Of a stretch of 64,000 bases of DNA, positions 24,901 through 40,000 are shown in pieces. The stretch covers positions 166,346,001 through 166,410,000 of the forward strand of contig OZ024742.1 of assembly GCA_964016885.1 (NCBI GenBank), written 5' to 3'. Source of the stretch: Eledone cirrhosa. Taxonomy: Eukaryota. A model generated the notes under the pieces. The model saw only the letters and a program-made list of their open reading frames with translations. It searched no databases and was not told the DNA's origin. Made by a program: the position numbers and the translations under genes. The stretch's first letter is position 1. Every line of letters starts with the position of its first letter.

Positions 24901-27900
24901 AAGGGGAGATAATTTGTAAAAAAATCAGGGGGAGATAATTTGTAAAAAAAATCAGGGGTAGATAATTTGTAAAAAAAAATCAGGGGGAGATAATTTGTAA
25001 AAAAAAATCAGGGGGAGATAATTTGTAAAAAAAATCAAGGGGAGATAATTTCCAGCCGTCCAAGGAGAGAAAATTTAAAAAAAAAATCAGGCGGAGATAA
25101 TTTGTAAAAAAAAATCAGGGGGAGATAATTTGTAAAAAAAAATCAGGGGGAGATAATTTGTAAAAAAAATCAAGGGGAGATAATTTCCAGCCGTCCAAGG
25201 GGAGATAATTTCCAGCCGTCCAAGGGGAGATAATTTTTTAAAAAAAATCAGGCGGAGATAATTGTAAAAAAAATCAGGGGGAGATAATTTGTAAAAAAAA
25301 ATCAGGGGGAGATAATTTGTAAAAAAAAATCAGGGGGAGATAATTTCCAGCCGTCCAAGGTAAGATAATTTCCAGCCCTCCAAGGGGCTATAATTTCCAG
25401 CCGTCCAAGGGTAGATAATATCCAGCCGTCCAAGTAGACATATTTTCCAGCCGTTCAAGGAGAGGTAATTTCTAGCCGTCCAAGGGGAGATAAATTCCAG
25501 CCTCCAAGGGGAGATAATTTCCAGCCAGCCAAGGGGAGATAATTTGTAAAAAAATCAGGGGGAGATAATTTGTAAAAAAAATCAGGGGGAGATAATTTGT
25601 AAAAAAAAATCAGGGGGAGATAATTTGTAAAAAAAAATCAGGGGGAGATAATTTGTAAAAAAAAATCAGGGGGAGATAATTTGTAAAAAAAATCAAGGGG
25701 AGATAATTTCCAGCCGTCCAAGGGGAGATAATTTTCAGCCGTCCAAGGGGAGATAATTTCCAGCCGTCCAAGGGGAGATAATTTCCATCCTTCCAAGGGG
25801 AGATAATTTCCAGCCGTCCAAGGGGAGATAATTTTCAGCCGTCCAAGGGGAGATAATTTCCCGCCAGCCAAGGGAAGATAATATTTTAAAAAATCAGGCG
25901 GAGATAATTTGTAAAAAAAATCAGGGGGAGATAATTTGTAAAAAAATCAGGGGGAGATAATTTGTAAAAAAAAAATCAGGGGGAGATAATTTGTAAAAAA
26001 AATCAGGGGGAGATAATTTGTAAAAAAAAATCAGGGGTAGATAATTTGTAAAAAAAAATCAGGGGGAGATAATTTCCGGCCGTCCAAGGGGAGATAATTT
26101 TCAGCCGTCCAAGGGGAGATAATTTCCCGCCAGCCAAGGGAAGATAATATTTAAAAAAATCAGGCGGAGATAATTTGTAAAAAAAATCAGGGGGAGATAA
26201 TTTGTAAAAAAATCAGGGGGAGATAATTTGTAAAAAAAATCAAGGGGAGATAATTTCCAGCCGTCCAAGGGGAGGTAATATCTAGCCGTCCAAGGGGAGA
26301 TAATTTCCAGCCGTCCAAGTGGAGATAATTTCCAGCCGTCCAAGGGTAGATAATATCCAGCCGTCCAAGGAGACATATTTTCCAGCCGTCCAAGGAGAGG
26401 TAATTTCTAGCCGTCCAAGGGGAGATAAATTCCAGCCTCCAAGGGGAGATAATTTCCAGCCAGCCAAGGGGAGATAATTTGTAAAAAAAATCAGGGGGAG
26501 ATAATTTGTAAAAAAAATCAGGGGGAGATAATTTGTAAAAAAATCAGGGGGAGATAATTTGTAAAAAAAAAATCAGGGGGAGATAATTTGTAAAAAAAAT
26601 CAGGGGGAGATGATTTGTAAAAAAAAATCAGGGGTAGATAATTTGTAAAAAAAAATCAGGGGGTGATAATTTGTAAAAAAAAATCAGGGGGAGATAATTT
26701 GTAAAAAAAATCAAGGGGAGATAATTTCCAGCCGTCGAAGGGAAGATAATTTCCAGCCCTCCAAGGGGCTATAATTTCCAGCGTCCAAGGGGAGATAATT
26801 TCCAGCCGTCCAAGGGGAGATAATTTCCAGCCGTCCAAGGGTAGATAATATCCAGCCGTCCAAGTAGACATTTTCCAGCCGTCCAAGGAGAGGTAATTTC
26901 TAGCCGTCCAAGGGGAGATAAATTCCAGCCTCCAAGGGGAGATAATTTCCAGCCAGCCAAGGGGAGATAATTTGTAAAAAAATCAGGGGGAGATAATTTG
27001 TAAAAAAAATCAGGGGGAGATAATTTGTAAAAAAAAATCAGGGGGAGATAATTTGTAAAAACAATCAGGGGGAGATAATTTGTAAAAAAAATCAGGGGGA
27101 GATAATTTGTAAAAAAAATCAAGGGGAGATAATTTCCAGCCGTCCAAGGGGAGATAATTTTCAGCCGTCCAAGGGGAGATAATTTCGAGCCGTCCAAGGG
27201 GAGATAATTTCCATCCTTCCAAGGGGAGATAATTTCCAGCCGTCCAAGGGGAGATAATTTTCAGCCGTCCAAGGGGAGATAATTTCCCGCCAGCCAAGGG
27301 AAGATAATATTTTAAAAAATCAGGCGGAGATAATTTGTAAAAAAAATCAGGGGGAGATAATTTGTAAAAAAATCAGGGGGAGATAATTTGTAAAAAAAAA
27401 ATCAGGGGGAGATAATTTGTAAAAAAAATCAGGGGGAGATAATTTGTAAAAAAAAATCAGGGGTAGATAATTTGTAAAAAAAAATCAGGGGGAGATAATT
27501 TGTAAAAAAAATCAAGGGGAGATAATTTCCAGCCGTCCAAGGAGAGATAATTTTTAAAAAAAATCAGGCGGAGATAATTTGTAAAAAAAAATCAAGGGGA
27601 GATAATTTGTAAAAAAAAATCAAGGGGAGATAATTTGTAAAAAAAATCAAGGGGAGATAATTTCCAGCCGTCCAAGGGAAGATAATTTCCAGCACTCCAA
27701 GGGGCTATAATTTCCAGTGTCCAAGGGGAGATAATTTCCAGCCAGCGAAGGGGAGATAATTTTTTTAAAAAAATCAGGGGGAGATATGTAAAAAAAATCA
27801 GAGGGAGATAATTTCTAAAAAAAATCAAAGGGAGATAATTTCCAGCCGTCCAAAGAGAGATAATTTCTAGCCGTCCAAGGGGAGATAATTTCCAGCCAAG

Positions 27901-30900
27901 GGGAGATAATTTCCAGCCGTCCAAGGGGAGATAATTATTTAAAAAATCAGGTGGAGATAATTTGTAAAAAAAATCAGGGGGAGATAATTTGTAAAAACAA
28001 AATCAAGGGCAGATAATTTCCAGCTGTCCAAGGGGAGATAATTTCCAGCCGTGCAAGGGGAGATAATTTCCAGCCGTCCAAGGGGAGATAATTTCCATCC
28101 TTCCAAGGGGAGATAATGTCCAGCCGTCCAAGGGGAGATAATTTCCCGCCAGCCAAGGGAAGATAATTTTTAAAAAAATCAGGCGGATATTGTAAAAAAA
28201 ATCAGGGGGAGATAATTTGTAAAAAAAAAATCAGGGGGAGATAATTTGTAAAAAAAATCAGGGGTAGATAATTTGTAAAAAAAAATCAGGGGGAGATAAT
28301 TTGTAAAAAAAAATCAGGGGGAGATAATTTCTAAAGAAATCAAGGGGAGATAATATGCAGCCGTCCAAGGGGAGATAATTTTCAGCCGTCCAAGGAGAGG
28401 TAATTTCTAGCCGTCCAAGGGGAGATAATTTCCAGCCGTCCAAGGGGAGGTAATATCTAGCCGTCCAAGGGGAGATAATTTCCAGCCGTCCAAGGGGAGA
28501 TAATTTCCAGCCGTCCAAGGGTAGATAATATCCAGCCGTCCAAGTAGACATATTTTCCAGCCGTCCAAGGAGAGGTAATTTCTAGCCGTCCAAGGGGAGA
28601 TAAATTCCAGCCTCCAAGGGGAGATAATTTCCAGCCAGCCAAGGGGAGATAATTTGTAAAAAAAATCAGGGGGAGATAATTTGTAAAAAAAATCAGGGGG
28701 AGATAATTTGTAAAAAAAATCAGGGGGAGATAATTTCCAGCCGTCCAAGGGGAGATAATTTTCAGCCGTCCAAGGGGAGATAATTTCCCGCCAGCCAAGG
28801 GAAGATAATATTTAAAAAATGAGGCGGAGATAATTTGTAAAATAAATCAGGGGGAGATAATTTGTAAAAAAATCAGGGGGAGATAATTTGTAAAAAAAAA
28901 ATCAGGGGGAGATAATTTGTAAAAAAAATCAGGGGGAGATAATTTGTAAAAAAAATCAGGGGTAGATAATTTTTAAAAAAAAATCAGGGGGAGATAATTT
29001 GTAAAAAAAATCAGGGGGAGATAATTTATAAAAAAAATCAAGGGGAGATAATTTCCAGCCGTCCAAGGGAAGATAATTTCAAGCCCTCCAAGGGGCTATA
29101 ATTTCCAGTGTCCAAGGGGAGATAATTTCCAGCCAGCGAAGGGGAGATAATTTTTTTTTAAAAATCAGGGGGAGATTTGTAAAAAAAATCAGGGGGAGAT
29201 AATTTGTAAAAAAAATCAAAGGGAGATAATTTCCAGCCGTCCAAAGAGATAATTTCTAGCCGTCCAAGGGGAGATAATTTCGAGCCAAGGGGAGATAATT
29301 TCCAGCCGTCCAAGGGGAGATAATTTTTTAAAAAATCAGGTGGAGATAATTTGTAAAAAAAATCAGGGGGAGATAATTTGTAAAAACAAAATCAAGGGCA
29401 GATAATTTCCAGCTGTGCAAGGGGAGATAATTTCCAGCCGTGCAAGGGGAGATAATTTCCAGCCGTCCAAGGGGAGATAATTTCCATCCTTCCAAGGGGA
29501 GATAATTTCCAGCCGTCCAAGGGGAGATAATTTCCCGCCAGCCAAGGGAAGATAATTTTTTAAAAAATCAGGCGGAGATTGTAAAAAAAATCAGGGGGAG
29601 ATAATTTGTAAAAAAATCAGGGGGAGATAATTTGTAAAAAAAATCAGGGGTAGATAATTTGTAAAAAAAAATCAGGGGGAGATAATTTGTAAAAAAAAAT
29701 CAGGGGGAGATAATTTGTAAAAAAAATCAAGGGGAGATAATTTCCAGCCGTCCAAGGAGAGAAAATTTAAAAAAAAAATCAGGCGGAGATAATTTGTAAA
29801 AAAAAATCAGGGGGAGATAATTTGTAAAAAAAAATCAGGGGGAGATAATTTGTAAAAAAAATCAAGGGGAGATAATTTCCAGCCGTCCAAGGGGAGATAA
29901 TTTCCAGCCGTCCAAGGGGAGATAATTTTTTAAAAAAAATCAGGCGGAGATAATTTGTAAAAAAAATCAGGGGGAGATAATTTGTAAAAAAAAATCAGGG
30001 GGAGATAATTTGTAAAAAAAAATCAGGGGGAGATAATTTCCAGCCGTCCAAGGTAAGATAATTTCCAGCCCTCCAAGGGGCTATAATTTCCAGCCGTCCA
30101 AGGGTAGATAATATCCAGCCGTCCAAGTAGACATATTTTCCAGCCGTTCAAGGAGAGGTAATTTCTAGCCGTCCAAGGGGAGATAAATTCCAGCCTCCAA
30201 GGGGAGATAATTTCCAGCCAGCCAAGGGGAGATAATTTGTAAAAAAATCAGGGGGAGATAATTTGTAAAAAAAATCAGGGGGAGATAATTTGTAAAAAAA
30301 AATCAGGGGGAGATAATTTGTAAAAAAAAATCAGGGGGAGATAATTTGTAAAAAAAAATCAGGGGGAGATAATTTGTAAAAAAAATCAAGGGGAGATAAT
30401 TTCCAGCCGTCCAAGGGGAGATAATTTTCAGCCGTCCAAGGGGAGATAATTTCCAGCCGTCCAAGGGGAGATAATTTCCATCCTTCCAAGGGGAGATAAT
30501 TTCCAGCCGTCCAAGGGGAGATAATTTTCAGCCGTCCAAGGGGAGATAATTTCCCGCCAGCCAAGGGAAGATAATATTTTAAAAAATCAGGCGGAGATAA
30601 TTTGTAAAAAAAATCAGGGGGAGATAATTTGTAAAAAAATCAGGGGGAGATAATTTGTAAAAAAAAAATCAGGGGGAGATAATTTGTAAAAAAAATCAGG
30701 GGGAGATAATTTGTAAAAAAAAATCAGGGGTAGATAATTTGTAAAAAAAAATCAGGGGGAGATAATTTGTAAAAAAAATCAGGGGGAGATAATTTGTAAA
30801 AAAAATCAGGGGGAGATAATTTGTAAAAAAAAATCAGGGGGAGATAATTTGTAAAAAAAAATCAGGGGTAGATAATTTGTAAAAAAAAATCAGGGGGAGA

Positions 30901-33900
30901 TAATTTGTAAAAAAAAATCAGGGGGAGATAATTTGTAAAAAAAATCAGGGGGAGATAATTTGTAAAAAAAAATCAGGGGGAGATAATTTCCGGCCGTCCA
31001 AGGGGAGATAATTTTCAGCCGTCCAAGGGGAGATAATTTCCCGCCAGCCAAGGGAAGATAATATTTAAAAAAATCAGGCGGAGATAATTTGTAAAAAAAA
31101 TCAGGGGGAGATAATTTGTAAAAAAATCAGGGGGAGATAATTTGTAAAAAAAATCAAGGGGAGATAATTTCCAGCCGTCCAAGGGGAGGTAATATCTAGC
31201 CGTCCAAGGGGAGATAATTTCCAGCCGTCCAAGAGGAGATAATTTCCAGCCGTCCAAGGGTAGATAATATCCAGCCGTCCAAGGAGACATATTTTCCAGC
31301 CGTCCAAGGAGAGGTAATTTCTAGCCGTCCAAGGGGAGATAAATTCCAGCCTCCAAGGGGAGATAATTTCCAGCCAGCCAAGGGGAGATAATTTGTAAAA
31401 AAAATCAGGGGGAGATAATTTGTAAAAAAAATCAGGGGGAGATAATTTGTAAAAAAATCAGGGGGAGATAATTTGTAAAAAAAAAATCAGGGGGAGATAA
31501 TTTGTAAAAAAAATCAGGGGGAGATGATTTGTAAAAAAAAATCAGGGGTAGATAATTTGTAAAAAAAAATCAGAGGGTGATAATTTGTAAAAAAAAATCA
31601 GGGGGAGATAATTTGTAAAAAAAATCAAGGGGAGATAATTTCCAGCCGTCGAAGGGAAGATAATTTCCAGCCCTCCAAGGGGCTATAATTTCCAGCGTCC
31701 AAGGGGAGATAATTTCCAGCCGTCCAAGGGGAGATAATTTCCAGCCGTCCAAGGGTAGATAATATCCAGCCGTCCAAGTAGACATTTTCCAGCCGTCCAA
31801 GGAGAGGTAATTTCTAGCCGTCCAAGGGGAGATAAATTCCAGCCTCCAAGGGGAGATAATTTCCAGCCAGCCAAGGGGAGATAATTTGTAAAAAAATCAG
31901 GGGGAGATAATTTGTAAAAAAAATCAGGGGGAGATAATTTGTAAAAAAAAATCAGGGGGAGATAATTTGTAAAAAAAATCAGGGGGAGATAATTTGTAAA
32001 AAAAATCAGGGGGAGATAATTTGTAAAAAAATCAAGGGGAGATAATTTCCAGCCGTCCAAGGGGAGATAATTTTCAGCCGTCCAAGGGGAGATAATTTCC
32101 AGCCGTCCAAGGGGAGATAATTTCCATCCTTCCAAGGGGAGATAATTTCCAGCCGTCCAAGGGGAGATAATTTTCAGCCGTCCAAGGGGAGATAATTTCC
32201 CGCCAGCCAAGGGAAGATAATATTTTAAAAAATCAGGCGGAGATAATTTGTAAAAAAAATCAGGGGGAGATAATTTGTAAAAAAATCAGGGGGAGATAAT
32301 TTGTAAAAAAAAAATCAGGGGGAGATAATTTGTAAAAAAAATCAGTGGGAGATAATTTGTAAAAAAAAATCAGGGGTAGATAATTTTTAAAAAAAAATCA
32401 GGGGGAGATAATTTGTAAAAAAAAAATCAGGGGGAGATAATTTGTAAAAAAAATCAAGGGGAGATAATTTCCAGCCGTCCAAGGAGAGATAATTTTTAAA
32501 AAAAATCAGGCGGAGATAATTTGTAAAAAAAAATCAAGGGGAGATAATTTGTAAAAAAAATCAAGGGGAGATAATTTCCAGCCGTCCAAGGGAAGATAAT
32601 TTCCAGCACTCCAAGGGGCTATAATTTCCAGTGTCCAAGGGGAGATAATTTCCAGCCAGCGAAGGGGAGATAATTTTTTTAAAAAAATCAGGGGGAGATA
32701 TGTAAAAAAAATCAGAGGGAGATAATTTCTAAAAAAAATCAAAGGGAGATAATTTCCAGCCGTCCAAAGAGAGATAATTTCTAGCCGTCCAAGGGGAGAT
32801 AATTTCCAGCCAAGGGGAGATAATTTCCAGCCGTCCAAGGGGAGATAATTATTTAAAAAATCAGGTGGAGATAATTTGTAAAAAAAATCAGGGGGAGATA
32901 ATTTGTAAAAACAAAATCAAGGGCAGATAATTTCCAGCTGTCCAAGGGGAGATAATTTCCAGCCGTGCAAGGGGAGATAATTTCCAGCCGTCCAAGGGGA
33001 GATAATTTCCATCCTTCCAAGGGGAGATAATGTCCAGCCGTCCAAGGGGAGATAATTTCCCGCCAGCCAAGGTAAGATAATTTTTAAAAAAATCAGGCGG
33101 AGATTGTAAAAAAAATCAGGGGGAGATAATTTGTAAAAAAAAAATCAGGGGGAGATAATTTGTAAAAAAAATCAGGGGTAGATAATTTGTAAAAAAAAAT
33201 CAGGGGGAGATAATTTGTAAAAAAAAATCAGGGGGAGATAATTTCTAAAAAAATCAAGGGGAGATAATATGCAGCCGTCCAAGGGGAGATAATTTTCAGC
33301 CGTCCAAGGAGAGGTAATTTCTAGCCGTCCAAGGGGAGATAATTTCCAGCCGTCCAAGGGGAGATAATTTCCAGCCGTCCAAGGGGAGATAGTTTTTTTA
33401 AAAAAATCAGGCGGAGATAATTTGTAAAAAAAAAATCAGGGGGAGATAATTTGTAAAAAAAAATCAGGGGGAGATAATTTGTAAAAAAAAATCAGGGGGA
33501 GATAATTTGTAAAAAAAATCAGGGGGAGATAATTAGTAAAAAAAATCAAGGGGAGATAATTTCCAGCCGTCCAAGGGGAGGTAATATCTAGCCGTCCAAG
33601 GGGAGATAATTTCCAGCCGTCCAAGGGGAGATAATTTCCAGCCGTCCAAGGGTAGATAATATCCAGCCGTCCAAGTAGACATATTTTCCAGCCGTCCAAG
33701 GAGAGGTAATTTCTAGCCGTCCAAGGGGAGATAAATTCCAGCCTCCAAGGGGAGATAATTTCCAGCCAGCCAAGGGGAGATAATTTGTAAAAAAATCAGG
33801 GGGAGATAATTTGTAAAAAAAATCAGGGGGAGATAATTTGTAAAAAAAAATCAGGGGGAGATAATTTGTAAAAAAAAATCAGGGGGAGATAATTTGTAAA

Positions 33901-34029
33901 AAAAATCAGGGGGAGATAATTTGTAAAAAAAAATCAGGGGGAGATAATTTGTAAAAAAAAATCAGGGGGAGATAATTTGTAAAAAAAAATCAGGGGGAGA
34001 TAATTTGTAAAAAAAATCAGGGGGAGATA

Positions 34030-37000
34030 ATTTGTAAAAACAAATCAAGGGGAGATAATTTCCAGCCGTCCAAGGGGAGATAATTTTCAGCCGCCCAAGG
34101 GGAGATAATTTCCCGCCAGCCAAGGGAAGATAATATTTAAAAAATCAGGCGGAGATAATTTGTAAAAAAAATCAGGGGGAGATAATTTGTAAAAAAATCA
34201 GGGGGAGATAATTTGTAAAAAAAAAATCAGGGGGAGATAATTTGTAAAAAAAATCAGGGGGAGATGATTTGTAAAAAAAATCAGGGGTAGATAATTTGTA
34301 AAAAAAAATCAGGGGGAGATAATTTGTAAAAAAAAATCAGGGGGAGATAATTTGTAAAAAAAATCAAGAGGAGATAATTTCCAGCCGTCCAAGGGGAGAT
34401 AATTTTCAGCCGTCCAAGGGGAGATAATTTCCAGCCGTCCAAGGGGAGATAATTTCCATCCTTCCAAGGGGAGATAATTTCCAGCCGTCCAAGGGGAGAT
34501 AATTTCCCGCCAACCAAGGGAAGATAATTTTTAAAAAAATCAGGCGGAGATTGTAAAAAAAATCAGGGGGAGATAATTTGTAAAAAAATCAGGGGGAGAT
34601 AATTTGTAAAAAAAAAATCAGGGGGAGATAATTTGTAAAAGAAATCAGGGGGAGATAATTTGTAAAAAAAAATCAAGGGGAGATAATTTGTACAAAAAAT
34701 CAGGGGTATATAATTTGTAAAAAAAAATCAGGGGGAGATAATTTGTAAAAAAAAATCAGGGGGAGATAATTTGTAAAAAAAATCAAGGGGAGATAATTTG
34801 CAGCCGTCCAAGGGGAGATAATTTTCAGCCGTCCAAGGAGAGGTAATTTCTAGCCGTCCAAGGTGAGATAATATCCAGCCGTCCAAGGGGAGATAATTTC
34901 CAGCCGTCCAAGGGGAGATAATTTAAAAAAAAAAACAGGCGAAGATAATTTGTAAAAAAAAAATCAGGGGGAGATAATTTGTAAAAAAAAATCAGGGGGA
35001 GATAATTTGTAAAAAAAATCAGGGGGAGGTAATTTGTAAAAAAAATCAAGGGGAGATAATTTCCAGCCGTCCAAGGGAAGATAATTTCCAGCCCTCCAAG
35101 GGGCTATAATTTCCAGCGTCCAAGGGGAGATAATTTCCAGCCAGCGAAGGGGAGATAATTTTTTTTTTTTTAAATCAGGGGGACATAATTTGTAAAAAAA
35201 ATCAAGGGGAGATAATTTGTAAAAAAAAATCAGGGGGAGATAATTTGTAAAAAAAAATCAGGGGGAGATAATTTGTAAAAAAAATTAAGGGGAGATAATT
35301 TGTAAAAAAAAATCAAGGGGAGATAATTTCCAGCCGTCCAAGGAGAGGTAATTTCTAGACGTCCAAGGGGAGATAATTTCCAGCCGTCCAAGGGGAGATA
35401 ATTTCCAGCCGTCCAAGGGTAGATAATATCCAGCCGTCCAAGGAGACATATTTTCCAGCTTTCCAAGGAGAGGTAATTTCTAGCCGTCCAAGGGGAGATA
35501 AATTCCAGCCTCCAAGGGGAGATAATTTCCAGCCAGCCAAGGGGAGATAATTTGTAAAAAAAATCAGGGGGAGATAATTTGTAAAAAAAATCAGGGGGAG
35601 ATAATTTGTAAAAAAAATCAGGGGGAGATAATTTCCAGCCGTCCAAGGGGAGATAATTTTCAGCCGTCCAAGGGGAGATAATTTCCCGCCAGCCAAGGGA
35701 AGATAATATTTAAAAAATGAGGCGGAGATAATTTGTAAAAAAAATCAGGGGGAGATAATTTGTAAAAAAATCAGGGGGAGATAATTTGTAAAAAAAAAAT
35801 CAGGGGGAGATAATTTGTAAAAAAAATCAGGGGGAGATAATTTGTAAAAAAAAATCAGGGGTAGATAATTTGTAAAAAAAAATCAGGGGGAGATAATTTG
35901 TAAAAAAAATCAGGGGGAGATAATTTATAAAAAAAATCAAGGGGAGATAATTTCCAGCCGTCCAAGGGAAGATAATTTCAAGCCCTCCAAGGGGCTATAA
36001 TTTCCAGTGTCCAAGGGGAGATAATTTCCAGCCAGCGAAGGGGAGATAATTTTTTTTTAAAAATCAGGGGGAGATTTGTAAAAAAAATCAGGGGGAGATA
36101 ATTTGTCAAAAAAATCAAAGGGAGATAATTTCCAGCCGTCCAAAGAGATAATTTCTAGCCGTCCAAGGGGAGATAATTTCGAGCCAAGGGGAGATAATTT
36201 CCAGCCGTCCAAGGGGAGATAATTTTTTAAAAAATCAGGTGGAGATAATTTGTAAAAAAAATCAGGGGGAGATAATTTGTAAAAACAAAATCAAGGGGAG
36301 ATAATTTCCAGCTGTCCAAGGGGAGATAATTTCCAGCCGTGCAAGGGGAGATAATTTCCAGCCGTCCAAGGGGAGATAATTTCCATCCTTCCAAGGGGAG
36401 ATAATTTCCAGCCGTCCAAGGGGAGATAATTTCCCGCCAGCCAAGGGAAGATAATTTTTTAAAAAATCAGGCGGAGATTGTAAAAAAAATCAGGGGGAGA
36501 TAATTTGTAAAAAAATCAGGGGGAGATAATTTGTAAAAAAATCAAGGGGAGATAATTTCCAGCTGTCCAAGGGGAGGTAATATCTAGCCGTCCAAGGGGA
36601 GATAATTTCCAGCCGTCCAAGGGGAGATAATTTCCAGCCGTCCAAGGGTAGATAATATCCAGCCGTCCAAGGAGACATATTTTCCAGCCGTCCAAGGAGA
36701 GGTAATTTCTAGCCGTCCAAGTGGAGATAAATTCCAGCCTCCAAGGGGAGATAATTTCCAGCCAGCCAAGGGGAGATAATTTGTAAAAAAATCAGGGGGA
36801 GATAATTTGTAAAAAAAATCAGGGGGAGATAATTTGTAAAAAAAAATCAGGGGGAGATAATTTGTAAAAAAAATCAGGGGGAGATAATTTGTAAAAAAAA
36901 TCAAGGGGAGATAATTTCCAGCCGTCCAAGGGGAGATAATTTTCAGCCGTCCAAGGGGAGATAATTTCCCGCCAGCCAAGGGAAGATAATATTTAAAAAA

Positions 37001-40000
37001 TGAGGCGGAGATAATTTGTAAAAAAAAATCAGGGGTAGATAATTTGTAAAAAAAATCAGGGGGAGATAATTTGTAAAAAAAATCAAGGGGAGATAATTTC
37101 CAGCCGTCCAAGGAGAGATAATTTTTAAAAAAAATCAGGCGGAGATAATTTGTAAAAAAAAAATCAGGGGGAGATAATTTGTAAAAAAAAATCAGGGGGA
37201 GATAATTTGTAAAAAAAATCAAGGGGAGATAATTTCCAGCCGTCCAAGGGGAGATAATTTTCAGCCGTCCAAGGGGAGATAATTTCCAGCCGTCCAAGGG
37301 GAGATAATTTAAAAAAAAAATCAGGCGGAGATAATTTGTAAAAAAAATCAAGGGGAGATAATTTGCAACCGTCCAAGGGGACATAATTTTCAGTCGTCCA
37401 AGGAGAGGTAATTTCTAGCCGTACAAGGGGAGATAATTTCCAGCCGTCCAAGGGGAGATAATTTCCAGCCGTCCAAGGGGAGATAATTTTTTTTTAAAAA
37501 TCAGGCGGAGATAATTTGTAAAAAAAAAATCAGGGGGAGATAATTTGTAAAAAAAAATCAGGGGGAGATAATTTGTAAAAAAAAATCAGGGGGAGATAAT
37601 TTCTAAAAAAATCAAGGGGAGATAATATGCAGCCGTCCAAGGGGAGATAATTTTCAGCCGTCCAAGGAGAGGTAATTTCTAGCCGTCCAAGGGGAGATAA
37701 TTTCCAGCCGTCCAAGGGGAGATAATTTCCAGCCGTCCAAGGGGAGATAGTTTTTTTAAAAAAATCAGGCGGAGATAATTTGTAAAAAAAAAATCAGGGG
37801 GAGATAATTTGTAAAAAAAAATCAGGGGGAGATAATTTGTAAAAAAAAATCAGGGGGAGATAATTTGTAAAAAAAATCAGGGGGAGATAATTAGTAAAAA
37901 AAATCAAGGGGAGATAATTTCCAGCCGTCCAAGGGGAGGTAATATCTAGCCGTCCAAGGGGAGATAATTTCCAGCCGTCCAAGGGGAGATAATTTCCAGC
38001 CGTCCAAGGGTAGATAATATCCAGCCGTCCAAGTAGACATATTTTCCAGCCGTCCAAGGAGAGGTAATTTCTAGCCGTCCAAGGGGAGATAAATTCCAGC
38101 CTCCAAGGGGAGATAATTTCCAGCCAGCCAAGGGGAGATAATTTGTAAAAAAATCAGGGGGAGATAATTTGTAAAAAAAATCAGGGGGAGATAATTTGTA
38201 AAAAAAAATCAGGGGGAGATAATTTGTAAAAAAAAAATCAGGGGGAGATAATTTGTAAAAAAAATCAGGGGGAGATAATTTGTAAAAACAAATCAAGGGG
38301 AGATAATTTCCAGCCGTCCAAGGGGAGATAATTTTCAGCCGCCCAAGGGGAGATAATTTCCCGCCAGCCAAGGGAAGATAATATTTAAAAAATCAGGCGG
38401 AGATAATTTGTAAAAAAAATCAGGGGGAGATAATTTGTAAAAAAATCAGGGGGAGATAATTTGTAAAAAAAAAATCAGGGGGAGATAATTTGTAAAAAAA
38501 ATCAGGGGGAGATGATTTGTAAAAAAAATCAGGGGTAGATAATTTGTAAAAAAAAATCAGGGGGAGATAATTTGTAAAAAAAAATCAGGGGGAGATAATT
38601 TGTAAAAAAAATCAAGAGGAGATAATTTCCAGCCGTCCAAGGGGAGATAATTTTCAGCCGTCCAAGGGGAGATAATTTCCAGCCGTCCAAGGGGAGATAA
38701 TTTCCATCCTTCCAAGGGGAGATAATTTCCAGCCGTCCAAGGGGAGATAATTTCCCGCCAACCAAGGGAAGATAATTTTTAAAAAAATCAGGCGGAGATT
38801 GTAAAAAAAATCAGGGGGAGATAATTTGTAAAAAAATCAGGGGGAGATAATTTGTAAAAAAAAAATCAGGGGGAGATAATTTGTAAAAAAAATCAGGGGG
38901 AGATAATTTGTAAAAAAAAATCAAGGGGAGATAATTTGTACAAAAAATCAGGGGTATATAATTTGTAAAAAAAAATCAGGGGGAGATAATTTGTAAAAAA
39001 AAATCAGGGGGAGATAATTTGTAAAAAAAATCAAGGGGAGATAATTTGCAGCCGTCCAAGGGGAGATAATTTTCAGCCGTCCAAGGAGAGGTAATTTCTA
39101 GCCGTCCAAGGTGAGATAATATCCAGCCGTCCAAGGGGAGATAATTTCCAGCCGTCCAAGGGGAGATAATTTTAAAAAAAAAACAGGCGAAGATAATTTG
39201 TAAAAAAAAAATCAGGGGGAGATAATTTGTAAAAAAAAATCAGGGGGAGATAATTTGTAAAAAAAATCAGGGGGAGGTAATTTGTAAAAAATATCAAGGG
39301 GAGATAATTTCCAGCCGTCCAAGGGAAGATAATTTCCAGCCCTCCAAGGGGCTATAATTTCCAGCGTCCAAGGGGAGATAATTTCCAGCCAGCGAAGGGG
39401 AGATAATTTTTTTTTTTTTAAATCAGGGGGACATAATTTGTAAAAAAAAATCAGGGGGAGATAATTTGTAAAAAAAATCAAGGGGAGATAATTTGTAAAA
39501 AAAAATCAGGGGGAGATAATTTGTAAAAAAAAATCAGGGGGAGATAATTTGTAAAAAAAATTAAGGGGAGATAATTTGTAAAAAAAAATCAAGGGGAGAT
39601 AATTTCCAGCCGTCCAAGGAGAGGTAATTTCTAGACGTCCAAGGGGAGATAATTTCCAGCCGTCCAAGGGGAGATAATTTCCAGCCGTCCAAGGGTAGAT
39701 AATATCCAGCCGTCCAAGGAGACATATTTTCCAGCTTTCCAAGGAGAGGTAATTTCTAGCCGTCCAAGGGGAGATAAATTCCAGCCTCCAAGGGGAGATA
39801 ATTTCCAGCCAGCCAAGGGGAGATAATTTGTAAAAAAAATCAGGGGGAGATAATTTGTAAAAAAAATCAGGGGGAGATAATTTGTAAAAAAAATCAGGGG
39901 GAGATAATTTCCAGCCGTCCAAGGGGAGATAATTTTCAGCCGTCCAAGGGGAGATAATTTCCCGCCAGCCAAGGGAAGATAATATTTAAAAAATGAGGCG

